From contig NW_015167061.1 of assembly GCF_001447785.1 (NCBI RefSeq), forward strand, positions 589,538 to 653,537: a stretch of 64,000 bases of DNA, in the 5' to 3' direction. This document shows positions 55,686 to 64,000 of this stretch, one piece after another; the stretch's first letter is position 1; each line of letters starts with the position of its first letter. This DNA is from Gekko japonicus. Lineage: Eukaryota. Below the pieces are notes generated by a model. That model did no database searches. It was not told the origin of the DNA and saw nothing but the letters and a program-made list of their open reading frames with translations. The position numbers and the translations under genes were made by a program.

Positions 55686-56054
55686 CTCGCTCCCGCACGT
55701 GCGCCGCCTTCCCTGCTGGAGCTGCGGCCGCGGGGGCTGATGGGAGAGAGGGAGAGGCGACCACGATGATGCCTGAGCCCACAAGGGACAAACCGCGCCT
55801 CCTCGGGGACGGTCAGAGGTCCCACACAGCGCCTCTCTGAATTCTCCTCCGGGAGAATCGCCTTTGAGCCTTCAGGCTCCCGCCCTTCATTTTTTTGTGC
55901 CCCACAGTTGTCGAAAAGTCAGGCTCCAGATTAGACACCTAGGACTGAAAAGACCTAGGGAAAGTAATCTGCCGTCTCTATGGTCTCGCGGTGCCTGATG
56001 GGATACCGGAGGCCTTCCGCGGCTCTTTCTCCCTCTCTCACCGCCGCGGCTGTC
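55686..56054. promoter_or_regulatory. Bidirectional CpG-rich promoter shared by MRTO4 and EMC1
   Basis: Head-to-head start codons (55685 and 56055) separated by only 369 bp of CpG-rich sequence. Confidence 0.8.
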
Positions 56055-59000
56055 ATGGCGGCGTCCAGGCTGTGGGGGGTCTTGGCCTGCCTCTCGCTGC
56101 TGCTCCTCCTCCTCCTCCCGGCCGACGCCGTCTACGAGGACCAAGTGGGCAAGTTTGACTGGTGGGTGAGAAGCCCGGGCCGGTCTTGGCTCCGCCTGGG
56201 TCGAGCTGCGCCAGACCCAGGCATGACTTGCGGAACTCGCTGCCACGAGATGCAGCCAGTGTTCCCTCTAAGCTGAGGCGGTGTGAGCCAGCTCGCAGTT
56301 TTTTAGCCTCCGGCTCACAGATTTTTGCCTTCGCTCAGGAAGGAAGGCTCCAGTGTTCCATCTAAGCTGAGTTGGTGTGAGCCAGCGCACAGTTTTTTAG
56401 CCTCTGGCTTGCACATTTTTGCCTTCGCTCAGGAAGGAGGGCTCCAGAGCAAACTAATTCATGCAGCAGCCAAAACGCTCGCTCACAACTTTAATGCCAG
56501 CAGCTCACAAAGTAGGATTTTTGCTCACCAGACTCCACAGCTGAGAGGGAGCATTGGATGCAGCCCTAGTTTAGGGCACGTTTGAGGGACTCAGTAAACC
56601 AGTTCTTGAGAGGGGGTGCGGGTCTCGTAAAGGGATCTCAGCCCTGATGGCGAAATGGAACCTGCCTGTTCAAAGGCAGACTCTGAAGAATGGAGAAAGC
56701 ACCGGGGGGGGGGCGCATTTGGTGTCACTCTCATGAGCTTCCTGAAAAACCACCAACAGGCTTCTGTTGGAAAAGGGGGGGGGGCTATCGCATTTGGTGT
56801 CACTCTCATGAGCTTCCTGAAAAACCACCAACAGGCTTCTGTTGGAAATAGGAAGGATGGAGTTTTGGCTTGATCTAAGGGCTAAAGAAAATTGAAATAA
56901 AACTTTAAATGTGAAAAAGCACTGTACCTCCAGGTTCATATGCCGGGCCTAGTCCTTGAAGGTTGTCTGATTTGTGGCGTGTTTGTGGGTTTTCCAGAGG
57001 CATCTGGCCACTGTAGGAAACAGAACACCAGTCCAGATAGGGCTCTGGTGTGATTCAGTAGTTATGCTTTTAAAAGCTTTCTGTCTCTTTGAACGTGCCA
57101 TCGCTCTCCCAAGCTAAGCTAGAAATGTAAAGCCTTCATAACTTTGGGCTGTATGTATTGCTTGTTGCAAGTGTGTGTATGTATGTATGTATATATATAT
57201 ACACACACACATACATACATATATACACACTTACCTTTCTCTTGCACACTAATTCAGGAGGAATTGTCACAGCTGACATTCTTTGTTTTGTTTTTTGACT
57301 AGGAGACAGCAGTATGTGGGAAAGCTGAAATTTGCTTCCTTGGAGGCCTCCCAGGGCTCCAAGAAGCTTATTGTAGCCACAGAAAAGAATGTGATGGCTG
57401 CTTTCAATTCCAGGACAGGAGAAATCCGTGAGTATCTGTAACATGGCAGGCTCCTTATTCCCCCAGGAACCCCTGGGCACATTAGCAGCGTGTACCAACA
57501 AGATGAGTATGAGGGGGCAGCGCTCATCTGTGGGGGGCATTGCCCCCTAATGCCCCCCACGGCTACAGGCCTGAGTATGACTAGGTATGTGTTAGCATCA
57601 CTCCTGGTTCTGATTTGTATAAGACAGTTTGGAATATTTATAATATTGTTCATGGGGTGGACTCCTCTAACTCAATAGAACAGATGCTAAATGCTTTACT
57701 CAATATTTGGGAAGTTCCAGCGCTTAGTAGCAGAGCGCTTTGTTTGCATGTGGGAGGTCCCTGGTTTAATCTTTGACATCAGGGGTGGGAAAGAGACCCC
57801 TGCCTTGGCTAATCACTGATCTGACTCTGTATGGGGCAACTTCAAATGACTCCTGGTTCTTTTTCAAGTGTGGCGCCATGTGGACAAAGGGACAACAGAA
57901 GGGGTGGTAGACACCATGCTGATCCATGGACAAGGTAAGCAAGTGGTTGAGGCCATAGCTGTGTTATTTGTGATCAGTAGAGAGCCTGTTTGGTGTAGTG
58001 GTTAAGAGCAGCGGACTCTAACCTGGAGAACCGGGTTTGATTCTCCGCTCCTGCACTAGAAGCCAGCTGGGTGACCTTGGGTCACTCACAGCTCTTTCAG
58101 CCCCCCAAATAAACCTAGCTCACCACAAAAACAGTTAAATAGAGTTTCAGGCTACGAGACCATCTTTGGATCTCCTGGCTAACCTACACCCACTGCCGTA
58201 CAATAATTAATTAATTACGATTATTAAAATGCTTCTGTGTGTCAGCTGCAGTTCACTGTAATGCGCTTTTATCTTTCTGGCAAACCTGAGTACATGTGCA
58301 GGGTCTTGCCATTTGGGACAACGTAGTTATGACATCACAGTTTAAATCCAGTTTGAAACTTCCAGGCTACTTATATATATGTTTAGGAATCACATTTGCC
58401 TGGGATGGCTTCTAAGAACTGGGGTGTTAAGGCTGGGGGTGACTCGCCTAAGGCCACCTAGTGAACTCGTGGCAAAGGTGGGGCGTGGAGTGGGTGTTTC
58501 CTGGCTAAGGAGTAAAGGCATACTATAGAGTAGCCTCATTGCAGTTGCTGATGGTTGAGCCTTGTGTTATAGTGTCATAATTTGTGTTATAGTGTTAAGA
58601 GATGCAGCTCAAGTATGCAATTCAGCAGATTTTCAAAGGTCCTGGAATATGATGAAAAATAAGGGAAATGAGATGTGGGTCCCTTACTCTTTTCTGTGCT
58701 GCATTTGTGGGCTGTGCTGCCAGTTTGGTGCGGTGGTTAAGTGCGCGGACTCTAATCTGGGAGAACCGGGTTTGATCCCCCACTCCTCCACTCGCACCTA
58801 GTTGGATGACCTTGGGCAGGACATAGTTCTGACAAGGGCTGTTCTTGAAAAAGAGCAGTTCCTGTCAGAGCTCTCACAGCCCCACCTACCCCACAGGGTG
58901 TCTGTTGTGGGGAGGGGAAGGGGAAGGCATTTGTAAGCTGCTCTGAGACACCTTTGGGTAGTGAAGGGCGGGGTCTAAAACCAATCTCTTCTTCTTCTTT

Positions 59001-59421
59001 TGACCACCTTTTTGTGTGCCTGCGCCCCCCACCCCCCCCCCCCCCGGCAGATGCCATCACTGTTTCCAATGGGGGTCGCATCCTTCGATCCTGGGAGACC
59101 AACATTGGAGGCTTGAATTGGGAGACATCCATGGACACGGGCAGGTGAGGGGGTTCAGGGATCCAGGAAAGAGGGATGGGCAGTTTATTAGGAAGGGCAA
59201 ATGATGTTAAGCTATGCATTTGTTAATGTAAGTTTCCAGATGGCAAGTTTGGTGGGACTGCAGGACTCTGTAAAGTACGTGGCGGTCTTGAAGAAAGGTG
59301 CGCTGTCCCTTCACTACCTCTCCAACGGCCACCAGAAATGGGTGGAGCAGTTACCCGACAGGTAGGGTCTACTCATGAGCTGAGCTCTTCTGTTAGCAAC
59401 TGATCAGATCCTCTTAGCTGT

Positions 59422-59472
<51 letters not shown>

Positions 59473-62405
59473 TCATCACTGTGAAATGATGCTGGTAAGG
59501 TGGGGGGAAGAATCTTGTGTTCTTTGAAAAGAGTGGCTTGAGCAGGTGGGATCAGCAGAAGGCAGCAGTAGCTGTAGATAAAAATGATGTGGGAAGAATG
59601 AATGCAGAGAAATCATTCGCTGTCCGAAAAGAATATGCGGCTGCCCACATCTAACCAGCGGCAGATGAGGAGGTCGTATCTCTTCCAGGCTACACACAGG
59701 AGCTGATATGGCCGGATTCTAGGGCAGCAAAAAAGTTGTGGTGATGACTGGTTATGTTAACTTCCGGTTTTCTTCCCAGCGAGACTGTCCAGTATCAGCT
59801 GGTGTATTCTTATGGAACCGATGTGGTGTATGTCCTTGGGGTCTCTCCTCAGAGCCATGTGAACATCCTCGCCTTCAGTGTTGAAGATGGTGAAATTGCA
59901 AAACAGGTAGAGCGTGCTCTGGGCTTGGAGCAGTCGGGTTTATTTTTCCAGATGGCGCTCTGATTGATATTTTGGAAAGATAGCTTGACCCTGCAGCTAA
60001 GAATTTACCAGTTCAAACTGAAGTTTGTATGCGCTTACTTGGAGGTAAATCCTGCGGAACTCACCAAGACTTACCTTTATGATCAGACTGTATATAATTT
60101 TTAGCCATTTTATTATTTATTTTATTTATTTATTTATTTTGAGATTTGTATCCCGCCCTACCCTTACGGCCCAGGGCGGCAAACAAGCGGCAGCGCCGGA
60201 AATAAAACATAGATTACATTAAAACCTTAATAACTTTAAACTAAAATGGTGCTCTACAATTCAATATTAAACTTCAAGATGGTCAATATCCCTCACTGGC
60301 GGCCGATGGTAGACGAAAAACAGGAACGCCAGAGAATGTTCCTCTTGGGGCAGCAACAACCCTTGCCCCTTTAAGCCATGGAGATGGTAAATCACGCCAC
60401 GGTGGTGGTAACGTGGCGACGGCGGCGGCTCCTACTCGAAAGCCTGGCGGAAGAGCTCCGTCTTGCAGGCCCTGCGGAACTGTACCAGGTCCCGCAGGGC
60501 CCGGATCTCCGCCGGGAGCTCATTCCACCAGGTAGGAGCCGCCACCGAGAAAGCCCTGGCTTTGGTTAGGGCAAGCTTGATATCCCGGGGGCCTGGAACC
60601 TCTAAAAGGTCCAGACTCCCCGACCGCAGCGCTCTTGGGGGAACATACGGGGAGAGGCGGTCCCTCAGGTAGGCTGGACCCAGGCCATTCAGGGCTTTAA
60701 AGGTAAGAACCAGCACTTTGAAACGAATCCGGTATGCTATAGGCAGCCAGTGCAGCGCTTGCAGCACCGGCCGGATGTGGTCCCTCCTTGAGAGACCCAT
60801 CAGCAGCCTAGCCGCAGCATTCTGCACTAGCTGCAGCTTCCGGATTAGCAACAAAGGCAGCCCCAAGTAGAGAGCGTTACAGTAGTCTAGCCTCGAGGTG
60901 ACCGTCGCGTGGATCACAGTGGCCAGGTCCTCGCGGCTGAGATAGGGGACCAACTGCCGGGCCAGCCGAAGATGATCATAGAATAGGTGATCATAGAATA
61001 GGTGGACCAATTGTCAGAAAATTGTCAGAAAATTGGTTCACTGGACACAGTATTATCCATGTTGATGGTAGCAGCTCCCCAGGATCTCTGGCAAGGGAGA
61101 ATCCTTCCCGACATGTGGCCTGTGACACTCTTGAACTGGAGGTGCCAGGGATTGACCCTGAGGTCTTTGGAATGCAAAGTTGGGGCTCTGCTATTAAGCC
61201 ACAGCTGCCTAACATCCACCTGTAGTGACTTTGTCTTTTTAATGTCTCTCTCTCTCTGTTCCCCCTCCATACAGAGTAGGGTGGAAGCCCCCTGGATAAG
61301 AAGCCTCAGCCAGTCTTGCGCAGTCATGGGAGAGGCTGTGCTGGTGTGCGTGGACTTGGCCACGGCCTCCCTTTACACCTTCTCCCTGGACTCCAACGAA
61401 GAGATGAAGCAGGTTCTGCTGGAGGTGAGGAATCTAGAGGGAAGCTCGTCCCCAAGACGGCCAGGAGAGCTTTGGTTGCTCGTGGGGCCTTGCTAAAGGG
61501 TTGTGGCTGTCAGGATGAGGTTGTGGGTGGCTGTCCTTGAATCCAGATCTGGAGCATAGCTTCTCTGAGCCAGGGACTTGGGCTGAAGGTGGAGGCAGAT
61601 GGAGGGGCTGATCTGCGCAGGAGGCACAAAGTGGCCCAGATTGGGGCAGAAGGCCAGGCTTTACTTCAGGCCGGTCAGCCCAGGGGCCTCATCCTGCCTG
61701 CCAGTGACATACTAATGCTGCACATCTCTTTCTCCTCCTGCACTTGAGGAAAGCACACAGAGTCTTCGGTAGCTCAGTAGGCTGTCCTATACAGTTCCAG
61801 CCCCAGGGGAGAGCCACACACATTCCCGTGAGGTCCTTGGAGAAAGGATAGCATGAAAGAGGCGGAGGAAGAGGGGCAGAAGCCCACCAGGTCCAGGAAA
61901 CTTTTCCCTGGGGGGCTTAAAAGGTGCCAGGCGAGGGTGCCAGCGACCCTGGAGGTGCCCTGGACTCTGTCTGCCTGGCTGATCCTGCAGCCTTTTTCTT
62001 CCGCAGTCCCTTGGACTCCAATTCACGGAGACTTTCCAGGCCCGTCTCTGGTCCACTCAGCCGAATCCTGCCAGCGCTTCCCGAGCTCAGTTCTTCGTGC
62101 AGCTCTCCCCGACCCATTTTGCGCTGCTGCAGCATCGGAATGGCGTGCTGAGCCTCCTCCGGGATTTCCCGCAGGTAACGGAGAGAGGCTGCTAGTGCTT
62201 GAAATGCGAGAGGGACGGAGAGGCCTGGCCAGGTCGCCCGGTCAGAGCCCAGCCCCTTGGAGGAATGTTCGGGGTGTCCCCGTCCACCTTCTTGCCAAAG
62301 CGTTCCTTCTTCCTCCTCCTGTCTCTCTCCCAGGCGGGCCTCGTGACCTTTGCAACGACGAATGAGAAGACGGTGGCTGCAGTCCTGACTTGCAAGGCGG
62401 AAGCG
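56055..62405 (+). CDS. EMC1: ER membrane protein complex subunit 1, 5' part; continues beyond the window. Exons 56055-56161, 57303-57427, 57869-57934, 59051-59144, 59233-59361, 59780-59906, 61275-61424, 62007-62174, 62334-62405
   Basis: Signal peptide [25 protein letters not shown], then [11 protein letters not shown]|[10 protein letters not shown]..|LWRHVDKG..|[25 protein letters not shown]..|..|..[18 protein letters not shown]|[17 protein letters not shown]. Splice sites and phases consistent. Confidence 0.96.
59421..59470. repeat. (CTGC)n microsatellite; others are (TA)(TG) 556-592, (CTCTCC)n 10375-10423 and (GAA)n 62646-62670
   Basis: Seen directly in the sequence. Confidence 0.9.
60110..60990 (-). 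mobile_element. L2-clade LINE 3' fragment with 3' UTR and (TAAA)n tail
   Basis: Open frame [55 protein letters not shown]. Confidence 0.9.
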
Positions 62406-64000
62406 GTAAGAGCCCGGGAGGCCAGCTGCCTCGATCGTCTGTGGAATGGGGCCTGCTTTTGCTGGGAGTCGGTCATAACGAACCATCTGTCAGGCCCTAA
62501 GAAACACAAGTAGCCGAAGGCGGCTGAAGTGTTCTGCGTAAGGTGGGAAAGGCAGGCACCTGTGTTGCTGTGGCTGGGTTGGGCTCCCCTTTGGAAGGGG
62601 TTGCTGGTGGTGCTGTTAGGGGGAATGTTTTCCCCCAAGGATTACAAGAAGAAGAAGAAGAAGAAGAAGAGGTTGGATTTATACCCCCTGGCCCTTCTCT
62701 GGGAGTCTCAGAGCAGCTTACACTCTCCTTTCCCTTCCCCCTCCCCACAACAGACACCCCGTGAGGTAGGCGGGGCTGAGAGAGCTCTGAGAGAAACTGC
62801 CCTTTTTCAAGAACAGCTCTGACAGAGCTATGGCTTGCACTCGGTCATCCAGCCAGGTGAAAGTGGAGGAGTGGGGGAATCAAACCCGGTTCTCCCAGAT
62901 TAGAGTCCGCGCACTTAACCACTACACCAAGCTGGCTCTCGCAAAGCAAAGGTAGAGGGTTAGAAACACTCCCCCCGCCCCCTGCCCGGGCAGCATCCAA
63001 ATTACCCGAATGCCCAATTCAACACAAATATTTTAAGTTGGTTCCTGGAGCCAGCCAAGCAAGGATAGCTGAGGGGTGGGGGAGGGCTCCATAAGGGATG
63101 TGCCACCACCAAGGAGGCCGTTTCCCTAGGAGGTACTCGCCTCCAATAAAGGGTGCCACACAGAGTAGGACCTCTGTGGATGATCTTGCCGGGCAGGCAG
63201 TCCTGTAAGATCTGGGTGAGCCTGTGTCCCTAACATTCACTGTGGATTTGGCATGAGTATTGCAGACCTGACCCCAAGCTCTGCCTTGGTGGGGTTTTTT
63301 TTAATTGCAGAAAGCCAGGCACCCAGATGACCCTCAGCTGGCTAGCTGGTTCAGACAAACCCATAAGTAGGAAAGATTCCTGTGCCTCTGAGAGTAGCCC
63401 AAGCTGGTGCTGTGTGGTTAAAACTGGATAGGAGACCTGGGAGGAGGAGATCTATCTTACATATGCCGAGGAATGTTTGATGAAGTTTTTATTGGCCGAT
63501 ACTTATGATTCTGTCTCACGCAATGTAGCTAAATATTGCTATTTGGTAATTTAAAAGCGTAGAATGTACTGTAATTCGAGCCATTAATGACGGAATTGAC
63601 CGGTTTCGTATTTTAGTATTTAAGGCTGCAAGGATTCTATGTCGTAGACTCGGTGTTGTACTATTTTGGTTTATTTTGCTGGTCTTATGACTGTTCTTAA
63701 TAAAATTTGGGAGAAGGAAATCGTTCTGTGGTCTCCTCTGACAGTGGGGGAGGCATTGTTGCCTTTGACTCTGCTGCTTTCTTTAAATTAAACTCTTAGA
63801 TGATGCCCTCACAAGCCTTTTCACTTCGTTCGGTCTTGGTGCTTGTGTTCCTGATTTCTTTTGTGCTGTCGAAGCAAGAAAAGAAAGATTAACGTTCTTA
63901 TGAAATGAGGAAACAGAAAATGGTGCAAGGATAAATATGGGGTGGTGGTGGTGGATTTGCCAATTCAGGCAAATAGATGGGGGGAGAGAGGGGGAGAGAG

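Noticed and set aside
55980-56054. Upstream in-frame start codons extending EMC1
   Set aside because: ATG 56055 has a strong Kozak context and directly begins the signal peptide; upstream codons lie in the short shared promoter and are probably 5' of the TSS.
56700-56850. ~75-bp tandem duplication
   Set aside because: Local duplication beside G runs with no functional signature.
58718-58800. tRNA gene at SINE heads
   Set aside because: A/B boxes are present but continue into SINE bodies without an intact cloverleaf.

Overview
Vertebrate genomic DNA from a squamate reptile, most likely a gecko, judged from Sauria SINEs, many Squam3-type SINEs, BovB and Penelope remnants. It looks like a short-read assembly with six N gaps, mostly beside G/C homopolymers. 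The window holds the conserved amniote block CAPZB(+, 3' half), SLC66A1/PQLC2(-, complete CDS), one AKR7A gene (AKR7A2-like, +, complete), MRTO4(-, complete) and EMC1(+, 5' part). Exons were placed by hand from splice sites, phase continuity and remembered homologous proteins. Introns are dense with TEs: about 15 copies of one hAT MITE family, SINEs, CR1/L2/BovB/L1 fragments, Penelope-like inverted repeats and a probable solo LTR. I found no convincing wholly new multi-gene system. Best leads: AKR7A2 has lost its canonical stop and gains 17 aa; SLC66A1 has a strong-Kozak uORF, a probable GC donor and a U12 intron; Penelope-like repeats carry hammerhead-ribozyme-like cores; a young L1 has a templated 5' junction; and a perfect 67-bp hairpin lies between two promoters. 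TE family names are recognised from memory, not from a database search, and most TE boundaries are approximate.
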